Part shown: piece after piece, positions 38,972-48,306 of the stretch
How positions within the stretch are numbered: the stretch's first letter is position 1
How the letters are laid out: each line of letters opens with the position of its first letter
Origin: Candidatus Krumholzibacteriota bacterium
Lineage (GTDB): Bacteria > Krumholzibacteriota > Krumholzibacteriia > JAJRXK01
NCBI GenBank assembly: GCA_963764625.1
Contig: CAVXTH010000009.1
Span: 1,062,292 to 1,126,291 of the forward strand
DNA length: 64,000 nt
Reading direction: 5' to 3'
Program-made: the position numbers and the translations under genes
The notes under the pieces: generated by a model
What the model was told of the DNA's origin: nothing
The model's input: the letters and a program-made list of their open reading frames with translations, nothing else
The model's database searches: none

Positions 38972-41473
38972 GTGAGTGAAGCCATGGCGGGCTACCATCC
39001 GCACGAAATCGAACCCGAGTGGAGACGTCGTTGGGACGAGTCGGGAAACCACGACGCGCACTTGGAACAGGAGGACGGGCGTCCTCACTGCTATTGCCTC
39101 GTCATGTTCTCGTATCCCTCGGGGAACAAGCTCCACTTGGGTCATTGGTTCAACTACGGCCCGACGGACACATGGGCCCGCTACCGGCGCATGCGCGGGG
39201 ACAAGGTCTTTCAGCCGATGGGCTTCGATTCGTTCGGGCTTCCCGCGGAAAACTACGCCATCAAGAGCAACGTTCACCCCAGAATCCATACCGAAGAGAA
39301 CATCGCTTTCATGCAAGAACAATTGAAAGTGCTGGGAGCGATGTACGACTGGAAGCACGAAATTCAGACCCACACTCCCGAATACTACAAGTGGACCCAG
39401 TGGCTCTTCCTTCGCCTGTACGAGGGCGGCTATGCCTATCGGGGAAAGGCGCCGGTCAACTGGTGCGACCACTGTCAGACGGTGCTCGCCAATGAGCAGG
39501 TTTCGGGAGGGCTCTGCGAACGATGCGATCACGAGGTGCGGCAGAGGGAACTCACGCAGTGGTTCTTCTCGATCACGAAATTCGCCGACGAGCTTTTGGA
39601 AGGCCTCGAGCTCATCGATTGGCCGCACAAGACGGTTGCCATGCAGCGCAACTGGATCGGGAGGAGCGAGGGCGCACGGATCCGCTTCACCATCGAGGAA
39701 TCGCCTGCCGCTTCGAAGAAGGGCGCTGAACTCGATCTGAGCGTGTTCACGACCCGGCCTGATACCGTTTTCGGCGTCACCTATCTCGTACTCGCCCCCG
39801 AGCATCCGCTGGTGACCGAGATCGTCACCGAGGAACAGAGAGCTGCGGTGGACGCGTACGTCCACGCCGCAGCCAAGTTGAGCGAGATCGATCGCACCAG
39901 TTTGGCGCGCCAGAAGACCGGTGTGTTCAGCGGGGTGTGGGCGATCAATCCCGTGAACCGAGAGAGAATCCCGGTGTGGATCGCGGATTATGTGCTCGCC
40001 ACCTACGGCACCGGCGCCGTCATGGCGGTACCCGCTCACGACGAACGTGATTTCGCATTCGCGCGCGAATACGGACTGACGATACGGCGTGTAATTCTGG
40101 GAGAGAAGAAGGATCAAAACGAGCCACTAGAGGAGGCGTGGACCGAAGACGGTCCCATGTGCGCAAGTGGAGAATTCGACGGCGAACAAGGCGACGCGGC
40201 GCGCGCCAAGGTCATCGCGTGGCTGGAAAGAGAACAAAAAGGTGAGGGCACGGTGAACTATCGCCTCCGCGATTGGTTGATCAGCCGCCAGCGCTATTGG
40301 GGGGCGCCGATTCCCATCATCCACTGTTCCCATTGCGGAGAGGTTCCGGTTCCGCTCGCCGACCTTCCGGTGGAGTTGCCACAGGACGTGGAATTCAAAC
40401 CCACCGGAGAGAGTCCTCTCGCGGCCCATCCTCACTGGAAGTTCACGAGCTGTCCGAAGTGCGGCGGAAAGGCGGAGCGGGAGGTGGACACCATGGACAC
40501 TTTCGTCGATTCGAGTTGGTACTACCTCCGCTACCTGAGTCCGCATCTCTCCGACGCGCCCTTTTCCAAAGAGATGGTGAAGGAATGGGTGCCGGTGGCG
40601 CAATACGTGGGAGGAGCCGAACACGCGGCCATGCATCTGCTCTATGCGCGCTTCATCGCCAAGGCGCTGAAGAGTCTGGGAGAGGTGGAATTCGACGAAC
40701 CATTTCAGAAATTGGTGCATCAAGGTGTCATCACCAGCGATGGCGCGCGCATGAGCAAGAGCCGGGGCAACGTGGTGAACCCGGAATCCTATCTGAAGAA
40801 ATACGGGAGCGACACGCTGCGCACCTACCTGATGTTCGGATTCGAATACACCCGCGGGGGAGATTGGGACGACAAGGGTATCCACGGCATGTTCAAGTAC
40901 CTCAGCCGCGTTTACCGCTTCGTCGAGTCTCACGCCGCCGAACTTTCCGACCCGAAGGGGAGGGACGAAAGCGAGGCCTTCGAAGAGCTGCGGTATACGC
41001 GCCATTTCTCGGTGAAAATGGCGACCCTCGATCTGGACCGCTTCCAGTTCAACACCGCGCTCTCTCGCCACATGGAGTTCACCAACGAGCTGCACGCCTA
41101 CGCCAAGCTCAGGGCAGTCTCCACCTGGGGTGAGGAGGCGCGAGAGATCGTGCTCGACTGGGCGAGAATGCTCGCGCCGTTCGCGCCTCACCTCGGCGAG
41201 GAAATCTTCAAGATGTTGGGTGGAAGGGGAACGGTCTTCGACCAACCCTGGCCGTCTTGGGAGGAGGGCGCGCTTCAACGCGACGTGGTCACGGTGGTCA
41301 TTCAGGTCAATGGCAAGCTGCGCGATGAGATGGAGGTGAAGAGGGGGACCAGCCGGGAGGAACTGCAGAAGAAATCCCAGTCCCACGGCCGGATTCCCCA
41401 GTGGCTGGAGGGGAAAGAGATCAAGAGAGTCATTGTTGTTCCTGACAAACTCGTGAACATCGTAGTAGGATAG
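38972..41473 (+). CDS. leuS: Leucine--tRNA ligase
   Basis: MFSYPSG..LHLGH, QRNWIGRSEG, FTTRPDT editing domain, SRQRYWG, RMSKS, QVNGKLR. Confidence 0.98.
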   Translation: MSEAMAGYHPHEIEPEWRRRWDESGNHDAHLEQEDGRPHCYCLVMFSYPSGNKLHLGHWFNYGPTDTWARYRRMRGDKVFQPMGFDSFGLPAENYAIKSNVHPRIHTEENIAFMQEQLKVLGAMYDWKHEIQTHTPEYYKWTQWLFLRLYEGGYAYRGKAPVNWCDHCQTVLANEQVSGGLCERCDHEVRQRELTQWFFSITKFADELLEGLELIDWPHKTVAMQRNWIGRSEGARIRFTIEESPAASKKGAELDLSVFTTRPDTVFGVTYLVLAPEHPLVTEIVTEEQRAAVDAYVHAAAKLSEIDRTSLARQKTGVFSGVWAINPVNRERIPVWIADYVLATYGTGAVMAVPAHDERDFAFAREYGLTIRRVILGEKKDQNEPLEEAWTEDGPMCASGEFDGEQGDAARAKVIAWLEREQKGEGTVNYRLRDWLISRQRYWGAPIPIIHCSHCGEVPVPLADLPVELPQDVEFKPTGESPLAAHPHWKFTSCPKCGGKAEREVDTMDTFVDSSWYYLRYLSPHLSDAPFSKEMVKEWVPVAQYVGGAEHAAMHLLYARFIAKALKSLGEVEFDEPFQKLVHQGVITSDGARMSKSRGNVVNPESYLKKYGSDTLRTYLMFGFEYTRGGDWDDKGIHGMFKYLSRVYRFVESHAAELSDPKGRDESEAFEELRYTRHFSVKMATLDLDRFQFNTALSRHMEFTNELHAYAKLRAVSTWGEEAREIVLDWARMLAPFAPHLGEEIFKMLGGRGTVFDQPWPSWEEGALQRDVVTVVIQVNGKLRDEMEVKRGTSREELQKKSQSHGRIPQWLEGKEIKRVIVVPDKLVNIVVG

Positions 41474-41522
41474 CGGCGGGTATTCCTCACTTCACACGCA
41501 ATCTCATGCTGGGCGTGATTGC

Positions 41523-44500
41523 ATGAGCTATTGGTCTCAACTCGAGGAATCACGCCGCTGTTTGACGGCGGGGGATTTTCTCGCGGCAGAACGACACTAT
41601 TTTGAAGCCCGTGAGAATCACGGTCGCTCGCGGCTGCGCGCGCCTCTCATGGAAAAGGGAGTCGAGCCGCTCCTGCGCAGCGTTCGCCGTCTCGTCCAGA
41701 AGCAGGAGCCGAATGAAGAAGGCCCCGCCTTTCCCGCCGCGGCCGAGCGCCTGTTCAAGGATCTACAAGACGTAGCCACTCTCCACGAGAGCGATACCCG
41801 GGCTCGACTGGGTGAAAACTGGGAGAGCCTCGATCTCGACTCGACGGCTCGACTCGGAATCGCGCTGAGCTTTCAGGCAAAATCTCGACTCTTCCACCTC
41901 AGTCCCGCCGAGCACTGGGCCGCGGTGCGAGCCTATCTCAATGGTTGTCTCCGTCACGGCATGGGGGTGGCTCCCGAACTGCTCGATCCGCAAGTCGACG
42001 GCGGAGAGGAAGGCCGGAGGTGGCTGTGCGCTCTCCTGGACGAGTGCCTGAAGGACCAGACTCGCATCCTGCAGCCCATCTCATCCTGGCTCCTGACTCA
42101 ACTCTCTCCCTTGGCCGACCGTGAGGGCGATCCTCTCCAAGGGCAGGCGCTCGCCTTGCGCTGTCAGATTCTGCTCCTGGATCCACTGGGCGCACCGGCT
42201 GCCCTCCGGGAAGGCATCTTCGCCTTGCAGTCGGTCTACCCGCCCCATGATCCCGCCGGGCTCTTGCGCCTCGTGGCCGGCCTGGCGTGCAACGAGAGAC
42301 GATTGGCTGCGGCGTGGGCCGACGAGTCCACTCTGCTCGCCCTACAGCCTCTGGCCAAGCACTTCGGTCTCATCTGGCCACCGAGCGACCTGGTCGCGCT
42401 TCTGGCGAGCCGGCGTCCGCCCCAAGGAGCGTCGGTTCTGGCCGCGGTGGCGTGGGAAGGGGAACCGGGCGGACGCGTGCTGTTGCTCAAGCAGAACGGC
42501 CGTGCTCCGATCGATCTGTTGCTCCTGCGTCCCAGCGACGAGATGACCAAGCTCGCCGATCCCTTCGCGCTCTCGATGACCGAAGCCCTGGCCGCAGTCG
42601 ACCGTTGGCTTCCCGAGGAGTGCCTCGTGCTCTGCGGTCCCCCACCTCCGCCCTGGTTGCTGTCTCTGTTGGGAGAACGACCCCATCTCTGCGTGGGAGC
42701 TCTCGACTCGGTCTTCCCCGCCCTGCAGCCTTTGGCAGAGCGTGCGGCACCGGCGGCGGCACACCCTCTCTTCGCGCAGACGAGGGACGCACTCAGCGAG
42801 GAGTGGGTTTCGCTGGTGCACGCAGCGCGCGAGCTGAGCCCGCGCGTTCTCTCCCTGGCCAACTCGGAGGCCCTGGGAAGCGACTGGGGGCTTCGAAATC
42901 TCGAGGCTCTCGGTGCGGTGGGACTGGCGATTCCGCGGCGTCTGTCGCATGCCCTGCGCGCTCTCGGGGCTCCCTCCACGGTGGAGTTCATGGCGCTCGA
43001 GCAACTGGGGGGAGTGGCGAGTCTGGAGTGGCCCTCCCTGGCCGATCGCGCCTGGCCTGGCCACCAGCTTCCGTACATCCCCATGGATCTTCCCCAGACC
43101 GATGCCCTGATCGCCGGCCATCCCAGCTCAGGAGAGTTGATGGGGAGCGCGCTTTCGGCCATGCCCTGCACCGTGCTGGGCTGCACCGAGGAGAGTGTGT
43201 TGCAGTTGGCCGCGGGATTGGTCGGCCAGGTCGATCCTCGCCGCATCGGCGTGACGCCGCAGGAGAGTCTCTGTCCCGAGAAGGTCTTCGCGCTTCTGGA
43301 CGCGTGGATCGAGGAGAGCCTGGTGGACGAGGCGCGCTCGCTGGACGTGCTGTGGCTCTACCACGCTTTGGCCACCACTCCGGACGGAGACTTGCGCCGC
43401 TGGCTCTCTTCGAACGGAACGAGCGCCGCGCGCGAGGAACTTCTGGCGCGACTGGAAGAGTGCGGGCCCTGTCAGGGAGAATGCCGTCTCGCGCAGAATC
43501 AACTCTGCTTCGCCGATCAGCTCGCGGCGCGGAGGAGGCAGAGCCAGGTCTGGTTCGAATGGACCGAGTGTCTCGAGTCGGCCGTGAGTGAGAGCGCCGC
43601 TGGACGTCGCCTGGTGTGCGATGATCTTGTGCAGCTCTTCGCCGAAATGGAAGACGAACGCGCGTTGAGGGTTCTCGACGCTCTGATGGAACGTGCGGCC
43701 GCGGCTGAATCGGTGCTCGCGTGGTCGCAGAGCGCATCCTTTTGCGACGCGCTGGCGCGCGAGCTCTCTCTCCGTCTTCCGGAAGGAAGGAGCTTCGCGG
43801 TGGCGGCGGCCGAGGATGCGCGCGAGCTAGCGCTGCATCTCTCTCCCGCTGGTTACTCTCCCGGGAGCTGGGTCCTCGATGCGGAATCGCGCGCCCTGAT
43901 CCGCGCCCGGGTGCAAGCGTGGACGAAGCGTTCGCGCGCGGCGCGGGCCTGGATCGCACCCGCATCGGTTTCGGGACCCTGGAAAGACGTCGCCGGCGCG
44001 CATCCTCTGAGCGGTATGGGCAAAGCCGCGCACGAGGCCGTGGTGGTCGCATTGCTCGGACCGCCCGGACTTCTCGATCGCGTACTCGCGCTGATGAGAT
44101 TGTCCGCCGCGGCGACCTTCGCTTCCCGGGAGTTGGCCTGTGTCGATCCCCGGCTCGCTGAACTCTTCGGGGACGCGTGGTCCGTCTCGCCCAACGCATC
44201 CATTCTCACCGATCCCTCCCTGGTGACCGGAGGAGCGCAGTTGCTCGACAAGACTTCGAGCCGCGCGGTTCCGGACTGGACCCAACCCTTCGTGGCGAGC
44301 CGACTCGAAGCGGTCAGCAAGCGATTGGGACCGGCGCGTTCCGTGGCGAAGGAGAGAATTGCCTGGCTGGCCGATGCGCTCGCCCCTCTGGGAAGAGGGG
44401 GGCGGCGAGTGCTCGGCGCGGCCCTGAGCGAGGACCGGGTGCTGCTGGCGTGGACAGTCGCCGGTCTCGCCGAGCAGAGTCGCGACGGAGGCCCGCTCGA

Positions 44501-47500
44501 CGCGCGCTTCGTGATCTGGGTCGGGGCGGAAGATCCGGACCTCTTCGCCGGCGCGCCCTTCGGGGTGGCGGTTGCCGGACGAGAGGGGCACCAAGGGCAA
44601 GAGCTCGCGGCGGAACTCGAGACGGGACGGATCCAGCTTCTGGTCGTCCCACCCCTGCTCCTCAATTCAGAACAATGGCGCGCCTGGCTCACGGGACTGC
44701 GCCACTATCTCCTCTTTCTCGCCGAGGCTGACCTCGCGCTTCCCACGCATCCGGCGCACGACCCCAACCTTTTGGAGACGCTTCGCTCGCTCGAGTTCGA
44801 TTCGTCCGTGAGCTGTCTTGCCTGCGCCGACCAATCCGATCCGAGCGCGCAGGGACCACTCGCCGCTCTGGCCGCGGAGATTCGGGGACATGCGGCCTTG
44901 ATCGGTCCCAATCAGGAGCTGGAAGGTTGGAGTTGGCAGCGAGTACGGCTGGAGGATCCGCTCTGGCGCTGCGGGAACTGTCAACGGGAGCAGACCCTAC
45001 CCCATCTCCATGCTCTCTGTACCCAGTGCGGCCATGCTCTGCTCGATTCGCTCTCCGATCGGGCTCAGGGCGAGCAAGCGCTTCGCGGCAGCCAGGTACA
45101 CTGGCTTTCCCGGCAGGGCTTCGAGAACGAGCTCTTGGTCGTGGTGGAAAACGCGGCGGAACACGAGGCCCTCACCCGTGACCTGGGCATCGTCTCTGAG
45201 GACGAGCTTGCGCCTCTGCTCGGAGGAACCTGGTCGGTGCGCGTCATGGTCCTTCAGGAACTTTGGAAAGAAGAGCCTCCGGCCGGAGAGTTGATCTTCG
45301 CTCGGCTTCCTCTGGATCCCGAAGCGTTGCGCGCTGCCCTGGCCAGGCTGAAGGCACGCGGTCGCCAGCACGGGGTCCTGCGCTTCATGGATCATCCTCT
45401 CATGTGGGGTGCTCTCGATCCTTCGCGTTCTCACGAGCACGCGGAGGAGTTGCCCCCGCTCTTCGAGCTGCGCTGGAAAGTCGCGCGGGCCGAGGTGGAA
45501 TTCCGCTCGCGCGAAGCCCTGGGTCGCATCGAGCGAGCCCTGAGGGCGCGAGGCCCCGTGAAGGGACGCCTACGCCGTGGACTGGGTCCGGTGGCCGATC
45601 CCCACCAGGATCTCAGGGTGTCTCGGCTCGCCGACGCAGTGGAGATCTGGCGCTCGCTGGCCAGTGAGGGCTTTGCCGTCGAGGAGATCCAGGAGCGGGG
45701 CAACAAGGAGGTGGCCAAGGCCCTGGACACCCTCGCCGCGGCGGGACTCGCCTTCGGGTCGGCCGAACCCGCGGTTCCCTCGCTGGCCGATCTCTTCGCC
45801 GATTCCGCCAGGCGCGAGGCCTCGCGCGCATTTCTTTCCTGGTGCGTGACCGAGGGTCTTCTGGAAGCTCCGTTCCGACCGAGCGAGGAATCGAGACCCC
45901 CGCGGCCTGTGGCCGAGGGAAGCGAGGTTCTGCACTGGCGGGACATGGCGCGCACCGCGCCCACCGGAGTGGCGAGCGTGCTGGCTCCCTGGCCGAAGAC
46001 GCCGCCACCCACGGAAAAAAGCGCCGCCAAAGACGCGGAGTTCTCCGCGAGCGGAGCCTGGCTGCTCGGCGTGCCGGGATCGGGAAAGAGCGGTGGACTC
46101 TTTGCGCGGCTTCACGCCGAGCGTGAGAGTCCGGTTCCTTTGGTCGTCGTCTCGAGCCACACCGGGCTCTTGCGCTGGGACGAGATGGCCAGAAGGAACG
46201 AGTTGCCGGCCGGTCGCATGCTGGTCGTCACGATGCACGAACTCGTGCTGGATTTTCTCCGTTGCCACTACGAACTCGGCGGATTCTCCCGCCTTCCGAG
46301 AATCCTGTCCGTGACACCCGAGAGCGAAGATTTGCGGCGCAGACTCATCCAGCAGACGAGCCGCCGCTACGCGCGCGAGGCCGGCGTAAGTCCGCCGGTG
46401 GATCTGATGGACATGCGCCGCGTGGTCGAGGGAGGCGACGGGTTGGCGCTGGCCGCCTCGGGATCGGCCGAGCTGGATTTTTCCCTCCTGCAGAAGAGCG
46501 CGGCCGAAGTTCGACGAGAGGGAGGCTTCGTGCTCCCCAACGAGTTGGGGATTCTCTCGCGGCGTTGGCTGGTGGAACACCCCTACGTGGGCGAGGCCTG
46601 GCGTGATCGCTACCCGCGCGTCTTCGTCGACGATCTCGACGATATGCGCGCCGACGAAGCGGCGTTTCTCGACCGCCTCTTTCCCGAAGGGTTCCGCATG
46701 GCCGCGGCGGACCCGGGCCTCTTGCCGGTGGGCTCGGCCATGCGCGGAGACATGGGGGTTCGCAAGAGCCATCGTTTGCCCCGCGAGCTCGCGCGCGCCG
46801 CCGAAGTGCTCCTACGCGAGGACCTGCTCGGGCGTGGTTCGATCAAGGCGAGAAGCCGCGAGAAAGGTCGGCTCGCGCGCCAGCAGGTGCTCAATCTCGA
46901 GGCGTGCGTTCACCACATCGAGAGCGCCCTGAGCGGAGAGCAATGGCAGAGACAACGGGTGGGGATCGTGATCACCTACGACGGAGATCTCCCGCGACTC
47001 GCGTCACGTCTGCGAGAGGCCGAAATCGCGGTCTGGCCCGCGGCGCAAGTGATGCCGGCCTGTGTACCCGGGCCTCGTGATTTCCTCTTGGCGCTGGCTC
47101 TGGCGGCGAAGGGGCCCAAGCTGGAGCCGCTGGTCGCCGGTTCGCTGGCGCTCACGCTGCTGCAGATCGCGGAGATTTCTCCCGGCCGACGCGATCCGGC
47201 CGAGCTCGGCCTCTGGCTGGCGAAACTCTTCGAGGCGCAGACCCTGCGGCCGCGCGATCCGGCCGAGGCGTTCCTGCAGCCGCTCGGGCTCGCGGCTCGC
47301 GCCCTGGATGGGGCCGAGACCCTCTGGGACGTGGCGCAGATCGTCCAGGCCACGCGCCTCTTGCCCCGTCTCGAGACGGACGATGCCGCCGCGGCCCGCC
47401 TGGCCTCGTACCTCGAGGAGAGGGCGGGCATGCCCTGGCAGGGGGTTCTCTTGGGTCTGGATCCGGCCGGACTCGTCGATCCGCTGGCTCCAGGAGCGCG

Positions 47501-47669
47501 GGTCTGGCTGCTGGGCACCGAAGAACTCGCCGGCCTGGAGCTGGATCGGGGATTCTACCTCTGCACCGGGCACGAGCCGGCCGAACTGCACTATCGTGTC
47601 CTCGGCCGTATCAAGGAGAGTCTGACCGTGCTCTACTCCGAGCGCGATCCCTTCGCCTCCCGCCTCTAG
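41523..47669 (+). CDS. 2048-aa multidomain protein with degenerate DnaQ-exonuclease-, DinG-, RecQ- and UvrD-like modules
   Basis: Uninterrupted 6.1-kb ORF. UvrD-like motifs in order: GVPGSGKS, VTMHEL, RVFVDDLDD, SHRLP, GLELD, LGRIKESL. RecQ-like GRIQLLVVPP...LFLAEAD. DinG-like Cys cluster. ORF confidence is high, domain calls are by eye. Confidence 0.7.
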   Translation: MSYWSQLEESRRCLTAGDFLAAERHYFEARENHGRSRLRAPLMEKGVEPLLRSVRRLVQKQEPNEEGPAFPAAAERLFKDLQDVATLHESDTRARLGENWESLDLDSTARLGIALSFQAKSRLFHLSPAEHWAAVRAYLNGCLRHGMGVAPELLDPQVDGGEEGRRWLCALLDECLKDQTRILQPISSWLLTQLSPLADREGDPLQGQALALRCQILLLDPLGAPAALREGIFALQSVYPPHDPAGLLRLVAGLACNERRLAAAWADESTLLALQPLAKHFGLIWPPSDLVALLASRRPPQGASVLAAVAWEGEPGGRVLLLKQNGRAPIDLLLLRPSDEMTKLADPFALSMTEALAAVDRWLPEECLVLCGPPPPPWLLSLLGERPHLCVGALDSVFPALQPLAERAAPAAAHPLFAQTRDALSEEWVSLVHAARELSPRVLSLANSEALGSDWGLRNLEALGAVGLAIPRRLSHALRALGAPSTVEFMALEQLGGVASLEWPSLADRAWPGHQLPYIPMDLPQTDALIAGHPSSGELMGSALSAMPCTVLGCTEESVLQLAAGLVGQVDPRRIGVTPQESLCPEKVFALLDAWIEESLVDEARSLDVLWLYHALATTPDGDLRRWLSSNGTSAAREELLARLEECGPCQGECRLAQNQLCFADQLAARRRQSQVWFEWTECLESAVSESAAGRRLVCDDLVQLFAEMEDERALRVLDALMERAAAAESVLAWSQSASFCDALARELSLRLPEGRSFAVAAAEDARELALHLSPAGYSPGSWVLDAESRALIRARVQAWTKRSRAARAWIAPASVSGPWKDVAGAHPLSGMGKAAHEAVVVALLGPPGLLDRVLALMRLSAAATFASRELACVDPRLAELFGDAWSVSPNASILTDPSLVTGGAQLLDKTSSRAVPDWTQPFVASRLEAVSKRLGPARSVAKERIAWLADALAPLGRGGRRVLGAALSEDRVLLAWTVAGLAEQSRDGGPLDARFVIWVGAEDPDLFAGAPFGVAVAGREGHQGQELAAELETGRIQLLVVPPLLLNSEQWRAWLTGLRHYLLFLAEADLALPTHPAHDPNLLETLRSLEFDSSVSCLACADQSDPSAQGPLAALAAEIRGHAALIGPNQELEGWSWQRVRLEDPLWRCGNCQREQTLPHLHALCTQCGHALLDSLSDRAQGEQALRGSQVHWLSRQGFENELLVVVENAAEHEALTRDLGIVSEDELAPLLGGTWSVRVMVLQELWKEEPPAGELIFARLPLDPEALRAALARLKARGRQHGVLRFMDHPLMWGALDPSRSHEHAEELPPLFELRWKVARAEVEFRSREALGRIERALRARGPVKGRLRRGLGPVADPHQDLRVSRLADAVEIWRSLASEGFAVEEIQERGNKEVAKALDTLAAAGLAFGSAEPAVPSLADLFADSARREASRAFLSWCVTEGLLEAPFRPSEESRPPRPVAEGSEVLHWRDMARTAPTGVASVLAPWPKTPPPTEKSAAKDAEFSASGAWLLGVPGSGKSGGLFARLHAERESPVPLVVVSSHTGLLRWDEMARRNELPAGRMLVVTMHELVLDFLRCHYELGGFSRLPRILSVTPESEDLRRRLIQQTSRRYAREAGVSPPVDLMDMRRVVEGGDGLALAASGSAELDFSLLQKSAAEVRREGGFVLPNELGILSRRWLVEHPYVGEAWRDRYPRVFVDDLDDMRADEAAFLDRLFPEGFRMAAADPGLLPVGSAMRGDMGVRKSHRLPRELARAAEVLLREDLLGRGSIKARSREKGRLARQQVLNLEACVHHIESALSGEQWQRQRVGIVITYDGDLPRLASRLREAEIAVWPAAQVMPACVPGPRDFLLALALAAKGPKLEPLVAGSLALTLLQIAEISPGRRDPAELGLWLAKLFEAQTLRPRDPAEAFLQPLGLAARALDGAETLWDVAQIVQATRLLPRLETDDAAAARLASYLEERAGMPWQGVLLGLDPAGLVDPLAPGARVWLLGTEELAGLELDRGFYLCTGHEPAELHYRVLGRIKESLTVLYSERDPFASRL

Positions 47670-48125
47670 GGACCCGCGTCGCCTGGGGTCTTTCGGGCTC
47701 GCATGCGCAAGAGCAGGTAGATGCAACCCCCCGCTCAGGACCGCCAGCGCCAGGCCCACCGGGATCGCTCCCACCCAGGCCGCGCCCAGGTAGGGCGCCA
47801 GAGTCTCCCAAGTCCACTCACCGGAGAGCGAGGGGAGATTTCTTCCGAGCATCCAGCTCCCGCAACGGATCTCCAGCAGAGTCAAGGGAATGAAGGTGAG
47901 GGGATTGGAGAGATTGCTCCCGAGCACCGCGGCGGCGGGGGGAAGTCGCAGAGCCCCCGCGAGCACGGCCGAGAGCCAGGTGTGAACCCCCAGAATCGGG
48001 GTGGCGCCGACGAGGGCGCCGAGGCCCACGCTGGCGCTCGTCCGCGCGGGACGCCTCGGATCGCGCAGCAATCCGGCCCAAACGGACGGATGAGGGAGGA
48101 GGCGGGAGGCGCGACGAAACGGCAT
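47666..48125 (-). CDS. DUF2062 family membrane protein, with an apparent frameshift near 47727-47732
   Basis: ASVGLGALVGATPILGVHT, SNPLTFIPL, GSWMLG. Removing one G from the G6 run gives ...GGCIYLLLRMRARK...stop at 47666-47668. Confidence 0.8.
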
Positions 48126-48306
48126 GGCTTATGCGCCAGAGCTCGGCGTGGGCCTGCGGAAATCCCTCCACGGGAACTCTGCGGTGCAAAACGGGAGGTC
48201 CATCGCCCCATCGCTTGCAAAGCGCAAGAGAGGGCCCTGCCGCCACCGGAATCGCCGGGGTTGGTGGATAGCGGACCCGAATTCAATCTCCAAGGAGTCG
48301 ACCATC

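Noticed and set aside
47004-47665. Extension of the DUF2062 ORF antisense to the giant gene
   Set aside because: Disappears when one base is removed from the C6 run at 47727-47732.
41523-47669. Reading the giant ORF as a decaying pseudogene or mobile defence island
   Set aside because: No stops or frameshifts over 6.1 kb, composition looks like the flanks by eye, and no integrase or partner defence genes are adjacent. Not fully excluded without homologs.
48195-48225. sigma54 promoter before the TWG-tail gene
   Set aside because: TTGCA is present but the required -24 GG is missing.
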